A stretch of 64,000 nt of DNA from Pelagomonas calceolata (Eukaryota), in assembly GCA_918797485.1 (NCBI GenBank), contig CAKKNE010000004.1, positions 2,480,001 to 2,544,000 of the forward strand. The letters run 5' to 3'. Under the pieces are notes generated by a model, which was not told where the DNA came from, did not search any database, and worked only from the letters and a program-made list of their open reading frames with translations. Below are positions 1 to 11,100 of this stretch, one piece after another (the stretch's first letter is position 1; every line of letters starts with the position of its first letter). Position numbers and translations under genes: made by a program.

Positions 1-1470
1 CGCGAGCACGAAGGCCAGACACTTCTCCCGCAAGGAAGCCGCCGCGTGCTGGTCCGCCGCGTGGAAGATGGTGGCCGCGTTCTCGACGTGGATGCTTCCC
101 AACATTCTGGATTCGCACATTCTTTTGAGCCGTTCCACCCCAAATTGGTCTGCGGCCTGGAAAAGCTCCATGGCCATATCTAAGTCCACCTCGACATCAT
201 CCGTGTACAGGTACTCGAGCAGCCGCAGGAAGATGTCCTTGCGCACGTCATTTATCGCGATCCTATCCATCAGCGACTCTCGCATGTCTCCAGTGAGCAA
301 AGCCCGGAAGTAGGGGCACCGCAAACACAGAACCTTGTGGGCCGGGACCTCCTGGCCCTCGACGACGAAGGTGACATCTGACAACAACTCGGAATTGACC
401 AGTTGTTTGAGGTCAGTCACGAGCGACGAAGCCGGAATGTCCGCGCCACCGAAACCAAACCGAAACTCCAGGAAGTCGTTCAGTCTATTGGAACCATCAT
501 ACCCACCGAAGACATACAACGAGTCCTTGTGTGTCACAGCAACATGGCAGAACCGATGCCCCGGCGCGTACCCAGAAGCCTGCACGGGCGCCCAGCACTT
601 CGCCTCGAGTCTCAATTCGTGGAAGTCGTTCATCGCGCTACCGGTAGACCCGCCAAAAACGAACATGCTCCCGCCGTGCGCGACCGCGACGTGCGAATCT
701 CTCGGAATAGGTGCAGGGCCATCCGCTTGCATGGCAGACCAAGCTCTAGCTGAAAAGTCGAAGACGTGCACATCATTTAAGTGCCTTGTCCCATCGTGGC
801 CGCCAAACAAGTACATGGCCTGGTCGTGGACGACGCATGTGGCTCTATAACGCGCTCTCGGTACTCGACCCTCACCAGTAATGGGCGCCCAGGCCCGCGT
901 CACGAAATTGAACTCGTGGAAGTCGCATCTATAACTCCCATCATACCCTCCAAACACGTAGAACGAATCTCGGTGCACGACCGCCGCGTGCGAGTGTCTC
1001 GGGGATGGGGGCAGTCCTGACAACGCTCTAACGGGACTCCAAGCTCGCTCCGCGACGGCGAACTCGTGGAAGTCGTTGACGCGAGAGGTACCGTCAAACC
1101 CGGCAAACACATAAAACGACCCGCCCCAGACAACTGCCACGTGGCGATCCCGCGGCGACGGCGGCGTGCCCGACGACGGCCGCACCGTCGACCAGGCCCG
1201 TTTACCAAAATCAAATTCCCAGCAGTCGTTGACTCGGTGCGAGCCATCGTATCCCCCGAAGCAGAGCATGCGGTCGCGCCAGACCGCGGCGACGTGCAAC
1301 GACCGCTGGCACGGGCCGGCCCCATCCGGAGCGTTCGCGTCGGTCTGGACTCTAAGCCAAGCGCGCATCGCGTCCTGCTCATTCGACGGGGGCGGCGGCG
1401 GTCTTACAGAGGGTGGCGGGGGCGGCCGCGGCGGCGTCGTGGCCTCCTCTCCATCTAACTCGAGGGCCAT
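1..1470 (-). CDS. Kelch-repeat + BTB/POZ protein (LZTR1-like), 3' end runs off the window
   Basis: Manual translation from ATG at 1470: MALELDGEE...PCQRSLHVAAVWRDRMLCFGGYDGSHRVNDCWEFDF (Kelch repeats), then SDVTFVVEGQEVPAHKVLCLRCPYFRALL (BTB). Absent from the ORF track because it is incomplete. Confidence 0.88.
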   Translation of the reverse strand, partial: MALELDGEEATTPPRPPPPPSVRPPPPPSNEQDAMRAWLRVQTDANAPDGAGPCQRSLHVAAVWRDRMLCFGGYDGSHRVNDCWEFDFGKRAWSTVRPSSGTPPSPRDRHVAVVWGGSFYVFAGFDGTSRVNDFHEFAVAERAWSPVRALSGLPPSPRHSHAAVVHRDSFYVFGGYDGSYRCDFHEFNFVTRAWAPITGEGRVPRARYRATCVVHDQAMYLFGGHDGTRHLNDVHVFDFSARAWSAMQADGPAPIPRDSHVAVAHGGSMFVFGGSTGSAMNDFHELRLEAKCWAPVQASGYAPGHRFCHVAVTHKDSLYVFGGYDGSNRLNDFLEFRFGFGGADIPASSLVTDLKQLVNSELLSDVTFVVEGQEVPAHKVLCLRCPYFRALLTGDMRESLMDRIAINDVRKDIFLRLLEYLYTDDVEVDLDMAMELFQAADQFGVERLKRMCESRMLGSIHVENAATIFHAADQHAAASLREKCLAFVLA

Positions 1471-1687
1471 GGCTTTGTGCGATTCTCGGCTGGCCGCGTG
1501 TCGCGGCGGCGTGCGCTTTTTCCCCTCGGCGTGCTGCGCTGTGTTCGGCTCGTGGAGGCCGGAGCGTCCGGCGCGCCTCGTCGCAGCGCTGTCGTACAGT
1601 GTTAGACCGCTGTCGTCGGTCTGTCGGCTCTGGGGATAGCCCAGTATTACAGCCGCAGCTCGAGTAAGCCGCCGCCGCTGTGAGCTT

Positions 1688-1710
1688 GCTAGCGTCTGTA
1701 AGACACTAGC
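1688..1710 (-). promoter_or_regulatory. CTAG-bracketed intergenic element, type A
   Basis: Reverse complement reads GCTAGTGTCTTACAGACGCTAGC; about 220 bp upstream of the LZTR1-like ATG. Confidence 0.7.
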
Positions 1711-1783
1711 GCAAAGTGCGACGTAACTAGCCTCAGCCTCAAAAGCCTCCGCGACGCTTCAAGGAAACACAAAAACGAGCACA

Positions 1784-2716
1784 TTAGGTCATCACAACTC
1801 GCACGCTATCTCCAAATACGGGCGCGAACGACAGGCACGGCACGCCGCCGCCGAAAACCACGACGCCGTCGCCGGAAAACGCCGCGGCCGCGTGGACGGG
1901 GTAGGCCCGCATCACGTCGAGCGGCGCCTCGGCGACGCACTTTACGTCCTCTCCGATGCGGAGCACCGCGACGCCGCCGACCTCGCCCTCGTCCGCCGGG
2001 ACGCCGCCCGCGACGACCAGCTCGCCCGGCCGCGCCGTCGCGCACACGCAGGCCGCGAGGCGCCGCGACGCCGCCGCGGTCGCGTCGTCGAGCGCGAGCT
2101 CGCTCCACGCCGCGTCGGCGAAGCGCGCCGCGCGGCCGCCGCCGAAAGCGATTGTCTGCCCATCGGACGTCGAGCACGCGAACGCCACGGGAAACGCGGG
2201 CGCCGCGACGCGGCTCCACGTTTGCGTGGCCGGGTCGAGCACGTAGGCGTCATCATCGAGGTCGCCCGCGTCGCCCCGGCCGCCGCACACGAGGCATGCA
2301 TCGCCTGGGAGCGCGACGAACGCGTGCGACCACCGCGGCGCCGGCGGCGACCCCTCGCAGCGCAGCTCCCTCCAGACGTCGTCGTGCCAGCGCCAGGCGT
2401 CGCCGAACGCGCCGCCGGCGCGGCCGCCGTGGATGACGAAGCCGCCCTCGACGGCTGCGGCGCCGTGGCGCTCGCGCGCCTTCGGTCGCGGCGTCGACGA
2501 TACGGTGGGCGCGACGGTGCCATCGCTGCTCACGATGACCACGTCGTCGAGGCGGCGCAGCTTCTTGCCATCCCTGCCGTAGCCGCCATGAATAGCTACG
2601 CGAGTGCTGCTCAGTGGCACAGCAATGTGGCCCCAGCGCTGCAGTCTAGCTTCGGCCCAGTAGTTGAGCTGCAGCTGTCCGGCAGCAGCGTGCTGAGCAG
2701 TCATGCGATCGCTCAC
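1784..2716 (-). CDS. Kelch beta-propeller protein resembling the TYW4/LCMT2 C-terminal domain
   Basis: Repeats RWGH..IHGG, PKARERHG..HGG and PAPRWSH..CGG; C-terminal FGGGVPCLSF. Confidence 0.7.
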   Translation of the reverse strand: MSDRMTAQHAAAGQLQLNYWAEARLQRWGHIAVPLSSTRVAIHGGYGRDGKKLRRLDDVVIVSSDGTVAPTVSSTPRPKARERHGAAAVEGGFVIHGGRAGGAFGDAWRWHDDVWRELRCEGSPPAPRWSHAFVALPGDACLVCGGRGDAGDLDDDAYVLDPATQTWSRVAAPAFPVAFACSTSDGQTIAFGGGRAARFADAAWSELALDDATAAASRRLAACVCATARPGELVVAGGVPADEGEVGGVAVLRIGEDVKCVAEAPLDVMRAYPVHAAAAFSGDGVVVFGGGVPCLSFAPVFGDSVRVVMT

Positions 2717-2782
2717 ACACTATCAAGTCAAAATTCCATCACTGCGCACCGATTTTTTATCGGGGAGCTGAACCTCGCGTGG

Positions 2783-2806
2783 GCTAGCGGCCGGTAAGAC
2801 ACTAGC
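2783..2806 (-). promoter_or_regulatory. CTAG-bracketed intergenic element, type A
   Basis: Reverse complement GCTAGTGTCTTACCGGCCGCTAGC, upstream of the Kelch gene. Confidence 0.7.
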
Positions 2807-2893
2807 AAGCTGCTGTGGAAGGATCATGGACAGCCTTGAGTGGAGAGAAATTACGCGACGTCTAGTTCGAGCCGTCCGCGTCCGACGGCGACC

Positions 2894-4012
2894 TCACAGC
2901 TCGAAGTCGGGGTCTTCCTCGTAGCTAACCGCTCGGCGCGGCCGGCGCGTGCGCGTCGACGGCGCGGCGGCGGCGCGCTCGTCGCGGCGGCGCTTCCTTG
3001 TGGCGTAGTCCGGCGCGTGACCCTTCGCCTTGCGCTTTTTGGGCACGAGTTGCCCGTCGACGACCGGGTTGATGTTCCTCCGACGTTGGACGTGTTGAGG
3101 AAGAGCCCGGATCGCCGCGTTGACGGCGTGCGCAGCCTGCTCCTGGGTGTCGAAGAGGCCGACCGTGCGCAGCTTGCCGTTCGCGTCGGTGTAGTGCGCC
3201 TGCCACCGTCGCCTGGTCTTGTCCCAACTCACGCCCCAGAACTTGGACGTCGTCTCCGTCAGCGCGAGTGCCGGGTCCGGCGCGACGACGGCGGAGCGGT
3301 CGCCCCACCCGCGCGGCACCAGCGCGCCCGTCGCATCGACAGCGTTTATGCGGCGCTTGCCTTCCAGGCCAGCGTCGCGAATGGCTTGGTCGCGGGCGCG
3401 TGCGGCCTCCTCCTCGTCGTCGAAGACGCCGACCAAGCGGCACTTGCCGTCCGCGTCTCTATAAAACGCCTTCCAGATCTTGTCTCTCCGATACCAAGTC
3501 ACGCCCCAGAACCGCGACGACGCCGTCCGCGCTCCCCGCGCGCCGCCGTCTCCGTCCGCAACGGCCGCAGGGACAATGTCGCGCGGAGCCAGTGGCGGGG
3601 GCACCGGCGGCGGGGCGGGTGGGGCCATCACCGGCGGCAGCGCCGTCCGAGCCGGCGCCGGCGCCGCGCGCACGTGCGCCGCGCGCACTTCGCCGTCGTC
3701 GCCGTCGTCCCAAATAATCTCGTAGGCGCGGCCGCCGTCCACGACCGCGTCCACTTCGCCCGGATACCACTTCTGTCCCCACAACGCCTCCACCCGGTCG
3801 CCGACGCTAAACGTCGCGACGGGCGTCAGCGCCACTCGAGACACCGTACGACAGTTCGGGCACGCCGTGAGCGCGCCGCGCCTCGTCGCCGTCGTGCCGG
3901 CCGCGCTCGCCAGCCGGGCCAGGCACGCGGCGTGGAAGCGGTGGCCGCACGCGAGCGCCGTTACGCCGCCGTCGAGGGCTTCGAGGCATATGCTGCATTG
4001 CTCGCCCGCCAT
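2894..4012 (-). CDS. RING-H2 + Tudor/Agenet-like + two AP2-like DNA-binding domains
   Basis: RING: CSICLE..CGHRFHAAC..CPNCR. Tudor-like: FSVGDRVEALWGQKWYPGEV..YEIIWDDG. AP2-like: SRFWGVTWYRRDKIWKA..VGVFDDEEEAARA and SKFWGVSWDKTRRRWQA..VGLFDTQEQAAHA. ATG at 4012 preferred. Confidence 0.8.
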   Translation of the reverse strand: MAGEQCSICLEALDGGVTALACGHRFHAACLARLASAAGTTATRRGALTACPNCRTVSRVALTPVATFSVGDRVEALWGQKWYPGEVDAVVDGGRAYEIIWDDGDDGEVRAAHVRAAPAPARTALPPVMAPPAPPPVPPPLAPRDIVPAAVADGDGGARGARTASSRFWGVTWYRRDKIWKAFYRDADGKCRLVGVFDDEEEAARARDQAIRDAGLEGKRRINAVDATGALVPRGWGDRSAVVAPDPALALTETTSKFWGVSWDKTRRRWQAHYTDANGKLRTVGLFDTQEQAAHAVNAAIRALPQHVQRRRNINPVVDGQLVPKKRKAKGHAPDYATRKRRRDERAAAAPSTRTRRPRRAVSYEEDPDFEL

Positions 4013-4326
4013 GCCCTGAGTCGCGCGCGGCGGTCGATACTCGTCTACTTGCAGTGAGTGTACTTGGCCTTGTACTCTCAAGTCTCACTGTCCAGTTGCT
4101 CTCAAGTGAAGAGAGAGCACTTTTTTTATGAGATGTTTCACCGATACGAGCGGTTGCGGCGGTTATGGGACAGCAATGGAGCCTAGGAATATGATCAGAA
4201 CGTCGCGTCGATCCCCGCGCCGGGCTCGCAAAGCAAAGCTAAGCTGCACCCCCTCCAAGCTCCCCAAGCTCTTACCCTAGCCCCTCTAGCCTGCCTCCCG
4301 TCCAAAAAGAAGTAGAACAACAAAAC

Positions 4327-6083
4327 TTACGCCCCATAATACTCCTCAAACGGAAAATCCAGCACGGCCGCGGGCCACCAGCGGTGGTGCTGGGGAAAGG
4401 CGCCCCGCTTCCGGACCGAGGGCGGCACCGCGGCGAGGACTTGCGGCGGTACCGGGCCATTGAACGCAATCAGCGACACGACCTGGCCCTTCTCAAACCG
4501 CCACTCATCACACCCCGTGTAGTCCTTGTGTCGTAATGGTGTTCTCCCATAGAACCTATCGGCAGAGGGAGAGTACGCGGTGCGAGTACGCCACCAGCAT
4601 CGTAAATGGCTTGAATGTTCGTCCAGCATGCGGCGCATCAATTGGGACCGCGTCATGCCGCTTGGGAGGGGCACGTCGCGCTCGCACGTGCCGCTGTTGT
4701 TCGACGCCCAGTTTCTATGGAGTCGCCCGATTGTATTTCTTGAAGAACAAGATGTGCAGCTCTTTACTAGTTCTGGAGGTAACACTGCCTCCGCATCCAC
4801 GTCCAGCACCCAGAAGTCCGAGGGCGCCACGGGGTGCGTGTGGAACCAACTCGACGTGAACACTCCGGACACCGGCATGCGATACGTGAACCACGCGACA
4901 CCGTCGCCCTTCGTATCATACAAAGCCCCATCCCCACCAACACCGAAATCTAAAATGTGCACCGGTTTCAGCTGTTTATTGGAAGTGTGCACTCTACCAT
5001 ACTCGTAGATAACTTTTCTTGCCCCTCCGGGCGGGACGTGCTCCAAGACACTGTTGGCCCAGTGGTCCTCTCCTTTGTAGCGCGGGAAGCCGTAGCCATC
5101 AGGTACCTTGGCGTAGTAGCAGGGCGTCGCCTGGTCCTCTAAATGGGGATCGCAGCCGTACAAGTCGTTGTTGAAACCTGCGTCAAGGAGCGATCCGTTT
5201 GGACTGAGAGGGCGCGTCGCAACGATGGCGTCGAGGTGGAGCCGGACCGAGGGAGCGCGTCGCGTCGCTGGCGTCAATGGAGCCACCTCGACGCCGTCGA
5301 CGCGTTGCAAGAGGACACCGCGTGCGCACCGGGCGTGTTCGTCGACGTCTGGAGCCAGTCGTCTCCGTTGCTCTTCTTGCCCTGCTCGTTCATTGATGAC
5401 AGAGGCAGGCGCGCGATGGGGTTGAAGCCGAAGAACGGTGAGGACGGGTTGTTGTACGCTAATTTTTCTGGGAAGCCTGTTACATAAACCGCCGAGTGGT
5501 GCGGGTGCACGGGCGGGTAGGATAAAGGTCGCAGGTTGTCGTCGAGGTAGCCGTCGACCGCCTCCACGAGATAGGCCATGTCGTCGTCCAGGGGCGCCGC
5601 CGGCACGAAAAAAGTATTGATGATCTTCCCGGGATTCAGTGTGATCGGACCTAAGCGTGTAATGTCGAGCTGGTACTTATGGCCATCCTGTTCCCAGGTC
5701 TGCGTGCACACCGTGGCCTCCAAGAAGCTCTGGGACCACTGGTTGTACATGTTCCTCGATTTCCACTTGCTGCCCGTGAAGGCACCTCCATAAGTACTTC
5801 GCAGATACTTCTTCGTGTGCGCGAAGACCGACACGGGCGAGGACCACTTGCACTTGCTCCTTTTATCAGCATACCAGCCCGTATACCGGTCAGGATTTTG
5901 ATAAGCAAAGGGCTGGAGCTCCCAGCCATTTGGTGCTTTGTAATTGTGGTCGTAGGCCGCCCAGGTCTCTTCCGCCTCGCCGTCGTTGATGGTCGTGGCG
6001 TTGCCGGCCGTGCGGTAGCCCGGCGCCCAGTTGGACTTTGTTACGGCAGTCGCGACTGCGGCGACGACGAGGACTCTAAGCAT
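4327..6083 (-). CDS. Signal-peptide protein of unknown function, two exons (6083-5330, 5177-4327)
   Basis: ORFs 5274..6083 and 4327..5310 join in frame (..TPG-FNNDL..) across a GT..CAG intron at 5329-5178; N-terminus MLRVLVVAAVATA. Confidence 0.7.
5178..5329 (-). other. 152-bp spliceosomal intron with internal inverted repeat
   Basis: GTGCGC...GACGCAG restores the frame. CGATGGCGTCGAGGTGG (5223-5239) pairs 16/17 with CCACCTCGACGCCGTCG (5283-5299). Confidence 0.7.
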
Positions 6084-6094
6084 GGTGCATCTGA

Positions 6095-6215
6095 GAGTAG
6101 TTTGGAGCCGCGTCGATGGCGTTGGGGCTAACCACTGCGCTCAGCTGTGAGATATGAGTAGTTTGAGCCGCCGATGGCGTTCTGGGGCTGCCCACAGCGC
6201 GCTCAGCTGTAAGAT
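6095..6215. repeat. Imperfect tandem duplication, two copies of about 60 bp
   Basis: GAGTAGTTTG..GAGCCG..CGATGGCGTT..GGGGCT..CCAC..GCGCTCAGCTGT.AGAT at 6095-6153 and 6156-6215. Confidence 0.85.
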
Positions 6216-6229
6216 CAGAAACGAAGAAT

Positions 6230-6250
6230 GCTAGTGTGTCGCTACGCTAC
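6230..6250 (+). promoter_or_regulatory. CTAG-bracketed element, degenerate type B
   Basis: GCTAGTGTGTCGCTACGCTAC in a divergent intergenic region. Confidence 0.45.
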
Positions 6251-6297
6251 CTCACATCTCAAGCCCCTCACAGCTTTTGTGACTAGCCTGTGCAAAA

Positions 6298-7502
6298 TGA
6301 TGCTACGGCTCGCTATAAGGCAAGCTGGACGGGTGCATGGTGTTGCCAGGTCCACCTATTTCACTGGTGCGGCCGCACGCAAGGAGGCTGCATCAAGGCT
6401 CGGCGCTCGGCAGTCGACATCGATCGCGGCGCGACCCGCGAAAGCCTTAAATCATGCACTGATAGTAGCGCGGCCGCGGCCGGTGACGCGCAGCATCGCC
6501 GGCCTCGCGCGCGCGACCGCCGGCGCGCCAGCGAAGGCGCGCGTCACCTGGATCGGCGCCGGGCGGCCCGTGTTAACCGCCTACGCAACGCGCGAGCTAT
6601 CGAGCGGTCGGAAGGGCGGCGGCGGCCGTGTGGGGGCGCTTTTTGGGCTTGCTGCAGTAGCCCTGGGAAAATTCAAGTACGTGCTCGTCGCTCTAAAGCT
6701 GACGAAGCTCGCGCCAGTGCTCTCGATGGTGGCGTCGTCCCTCGCCTACAGCGCCATCTTCGGGCCGGCCTACGGCTGCGGCATGGTCGGTTTAATTTTC
6801 GTCCACGAGTGCGGGCACATCCTCGCGATGCGGTACTACGGGCTGCCCTTCAGCCCGATGCTCTTCATCCCCTTCGTGGGCGCGGTGATCCAGATGCAGA
6901 AGCTTCCCGCGACTGCTGCGCAAAGCGCCGTCGTCGCCCTGGCCGGGCCTGTTGTTGGAGGCGTCGCGGCGGGCGCGACGGCGTTTGCTGGGCACGCCAC
7001 CGGCTCGCAGCTATTGATGGCGCTCGGGGACTGGGGCTTCATGATCAACCTGTTCAATCTGTTGCCGATCGGGGGGCTGGACGGCGGGCGCGTCGCGGAT
7101 GCGTTGCACCCGGCATTGCCGGCGCTCGGTCTGGTGGGCGGCGTGGGCTTGGCGGCTTCCGGAGCCATTGCCAATCCCATATTCTATCTCGTGCTCCTCT
7201 CGGGCGCGTTCCAGGTGGGTGGCCAGCTCTTCGGATTTTCACAGCCGCCGCCGGCGCACTACCGGATGACGGGCGGTCCCATGATCGCCACGGCGCTAGC
7301 TTACGTCGGGTGCATCGGAAGTCTCGTGGCCGGCATGGCTTTGAACAATGTGGGGCGAAAGTCGCCGCGCCGCATCGAGGCGGAACAGCGCGGCGAGATC
7401 ATCGACCGGGCGCCGACGGGCGGCGGCGACGGCGTCTACGACGACTACTTCGCGGAGTTCGACGATAGCAACAGTCGCCGCGACGACCGGTGGGGCGGGT
7501 AA
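6298..7502 (+). CDS. Peptidase M50 (site-2 protease family) intramembrane metalloprotease
   Basis: HECGH (HExxH), ALAGP and NLLPIGGLDGGR motifs with several TM helices. The Arg/Ala/Ser-rich N-terminus looks like an organelle presequence; start codon uncertain. Confidence 0.88.
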
Positions 7503-7508
7503 GTGTTT

Positions 7509-7531
7509 CTAGTGTCTCTGTGTACGCTAGC
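7509..7531 (+). promoter_or_regulatory. CTAG-bracketed element
   Basis: CTAGTGTCTCTGTGTACGCTAGC, about 100 bp upstream of the ferredoxin-domain gene. Confidence 0.55.
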
Positions 7532-7632
7532 TAATTATTTGGCAACTATGAAACGAGCGTGTTATCGCTCTATCGGTGGAACAGAGCGACTGAACTAGCA
7601 GGTGTGCCTGGTCTACTGCTGCTGCGCAATTC

Positions 7633-8151
7633 GTGATGAGGGCGTGCGTTGTTTTTGCGGCGGCAGCCAGCGCCATGTCGACCACTACAAAACCGACCGT
7701 GCGCTTCACTGGCGGCGGAATTGATGTGAGCGCACCCATCGAGGCCGTAGCGATGGGCCGGAAGCGGCCCACGCTTATGGACATCGCTGACGAGGCGGGC
7801 GTCCACATCCCTCGGTCGTGTTGCGCCGGGACCTGTGCTGTTTGTGAAGTAAAGATCACGCGTAACGGCCGCGAGCGGACCGTGCGCGCCTGTACGGCGA
7901 CGCCGCGCGACGAGGATGTCGTAGACGTCAGCTCGGGCGACGCGGAGCTGGCGCGAATGATGGCGCGCTTCGAGGGCCAGGACGGCCTAGACTACGGTAG
8001 GGTGGCGCCCGCGGCGCCGTCCAGGCCAGCCAGGCCACCGCCGCCACCCGTGTACGAGGACGCCTGGAGGGAACCCGAGCCAGTAGTCTTCGCCGACGAC
8101 GACGACGATTTCTCGATAGGCGGCGCGGCCCCGTGGGATGTGATACAGTAA
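7633..8151 (+). CDS. 2Fe-2S ferredoxin-domain protein
   Basis: TLMDIADEAGVHIPRSCCAGTCAVC...VRAC matches the plant-type C-x4-C-x2-C-xn-C pattern; signal-like N-terminus. Confidence 0.8.
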   Translation: MMRACVVFAAAASAMSTTTKPTVRFTGGGIDVSAPIEAVAMGRKRPTLMDIADEAGVHIPRSCCAGTCAVCEVKITRNGRERTVRACTATPRDEDVVDVSSGDAELARMMARFEGQDGLDYGRVAPAAPSRPARPPPPPVYEDAWREPEPVVFADDDDDFSIGGAAPWDVIQ

Positions 8152-8169
8152 TGGTAATTATGTCAAAAA

Positions 8170-11100
8170 TCACACAAGCAGGGGCGCCGACGCGTCCGCG
8201 TCCGCGTTCGGCGCCGCGTCGAGGGAGACGGCCTCCGCGGGCAGCCCCGCGTAGGTCGACCCCGGGGGCGCCGCCTCGCCCTTGAGCACCAGCGAGTGCG
8301 GTAATAAGGAAGCGCCGTCGCCCAATGAGGCGCCCGGCATGACCACCGACCGCGCGCCGACGTCCGCGGCGCGGCCGATGGCCACGTCGGCGAGCTTGAT
8401 CACCATGTTCTCCACCGTATGGCACGTCGTATCACACAAGCGTCCGATCGACGCGCCGTCGGCCACTTGCAACAGATCAAACTCCAACGCTTTCCCGTGG
8501 ACGCACGCTCTATGACCAATTGAAGCCCCCATGGCGCGATAGAACCACACCGCCAATACAGTACCGTGCATGGCCTCGATGAGCGGATAGACGGGCGCTA
8601 AGAGCGTCATCATCAAGGCCCAGCAGAAGTGGTAGCGCGAGTAGAAGCCGTGGTCGCCCTTTGTGAACTTTCCCACTATGAGCTTTTTTAGTAGTACTAC
8701 GAGGACACAATGTAACAGCGCCGTCACCGCACTTAACAAAGGTAAGCAGCCTAAATAAGCGTAGTACCCGTCCCACGACAGGTAGAAGTAGAGCATGTAT
8801 CCACAGCTTATGATGCACACTTCGAAGACGTCCCGTAAAGGATATAAAATAGCAGCTACGAGTATGTTGACCGTATTCCACAGTAAAGTCCACCTTATGC
8901 TCTTATGACGCCTTCTCGCTTCCGCTTCGAGCAGCGCTAACGGTGTAGTTCCCGAGGGAAGCTCGGGCCGCTTTCGCAAGACGACGGCCTGCCCCTTTTT
9001 ATTTCCCGTGGCTACACTTCCAGGCTGAAATACCTGGCGCGCCGCTCCCAGCGAGAACGTTCCTAATACTGCTCTTTCCCCCACAACACAACCAGGAAGC
9101 ACTAACGCGTGGTCCAACACATTCGCCTCTCGCCTCACAACGATCCTCTCAGCTTTACCATGCAAGTGGGCGTCCGCTCTAGGAGCTAATCTAACCAGGC
9201 TTCCGAAGACGACGTCGTCCTCGACAGTTACTAAGTCAAATTCCACACATCGGAAGAAGTCGGCGTGCACCCGTCTCCCGATCTTACAACCAAGGAACCG
9301 GTAGCGCCAGCACAACAATTCGGTCGAGACCCAGGGCTTCAAACAATGCTCGAAGGCCTCCGCTTCGACCAACCGTTCGAGCAGCCATCGCCTCAGAGGT
9401 TTCTCATCACGTTTCTCCGAAAATCTACCAATAAACACCCACTTGTAAATGACAACAGTCCAAAAGTAGAACTCGTGGAAACCGATCCGCCAGACCCAAG
9501 GATAAGCGAACCAGAACAGCCACGACGCCTTCGGCCACGTCAGGTGGCCCCTTCGTTCTTGTAACAAAAAGTAAAACCACCACTCCAGAAAGTAAACAAA
9601 AGGTATGTAAGGTAGGGCTTGTAACATGTAGGCGATGGGCACACCGAGATATGTCCTTCTATTTAGCAATCGTTTCCTTTCCATAGCGTCGAAGGGGTCC
9701 CGGGGTCTGTTTAATGTAGTAACCCTCGAGCCGACTTTGTCCGTCGTCGAGAGGGCGCCTACTTCAGCATTAGCTGGTACGCTCGTCCCGGGCGCGACGT
9801 AGGCGTGGAGGTCCACATATGAATCTTCTCCTATTTTTGTAGAACGCCTCACTAATCTACCTTTGCACATGGCGTGGCCGTCGATCTCGGCCCCCGCTCT
9901 TATGGTACATCGATCACCGATCGTTGCGAGGGGCGGGTCCGCCAACCTGCCTTCCAAGACGACGTCCTTTCCTATGGACGCGCCGAGCGCGCTATAGTAG
10001 ACGTTCATTAATCTTGTACCGTGCAGGACCCTCTCCAATCTCTGCGTGACGATGCTTTGGATCTGAGCGACGAGCCACCACTTGAGGTGCTGCAGGGACC
10101 ACAATGGGGCTTGCTTTTTACATTGCTCTCGATACTTGGTTGTAGTACCGAGCAGGACCCTCTGCACCACCCAAGCAAAGATAAAAGCCCCGAAATCCGT
10201 CAATGCGAGAAAGAGCGGAACACAAGCGAACACATAAACCTTGGGCAGCCACAGGTACAGGTACCACAAGACGTACCACGCCGGCCAGTCCATGTATCTC
10301 ATACCGAGGACCGTGATGACTCCCAGAATTTGAATCAATAGTGATACGCAACGCGTCGGGTCTCGAGCATGATACGTCGTATCTGGGACTAATGGCACGG
10401 GCACGTCATGGACGTGGCGCGACCGTTCTTCAGTGATGACGCGCGCGAGGCTTTTAACAGTGGGATGTTTGTAGAGAGTCGTCCCCGGTATTGATGATGC
10501 ACCCTCCACACGCCTCCGTATCAGGTTCGTGGCCCGGCCCGCGAGTAACGAATTTCCTCCTAATGTTTCAAAATCGTCATCAACACCTACACTATCTATA
10601 CCGAGGACCTCCGCGAAGATCGTGGCGAGGGACGCCTCCAATTCTGATGAAGGCTTCTCTGATGCATGACGCTTTACAGAAGGCAGTTTCTTCAGGTCAA
10701 GTTTGCCTCTATCGGTGCGCGGGAATTCGGAGACGCAGATGATTTGTGAAGGCACCATGTACTTCGGTAATGATGAAGCGAGTTGCTCGCGTAGAATATC
10801 GCTATCCAAAGTAGTTCTAGCGTAGGCTACTAGCGCCATCGCCGCGCCTTCACCGGTCGTCGTACAAACCGATTCCTTCACACCTTGTATCTGATTAAGT
10901 TTGCTTTCGATCTCGCCTAACTCGATCCTTAAACCTCTCAACTTGATCTGGCGGTCCTGTCGCCCCAGAAACCGCAACTCGTTACCACAGTATCGGACGA
11001 CGTCGCCGGTTCGATACATGCGATCCGATTCGTTTCGAGCTAGCTTCGGCGGGGCCTTGCTGAAGGCCTTGTTTGTGGCTTCAGTATTATTCAAATAGCC

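Noticed and set aside
1892..4057. Long plus-strand ORFs 1892..2797 and 2840..4057
   Set aside because: Arg/Ala-rich antisense shadows of real minus-strand genes, as expected at this GC content.
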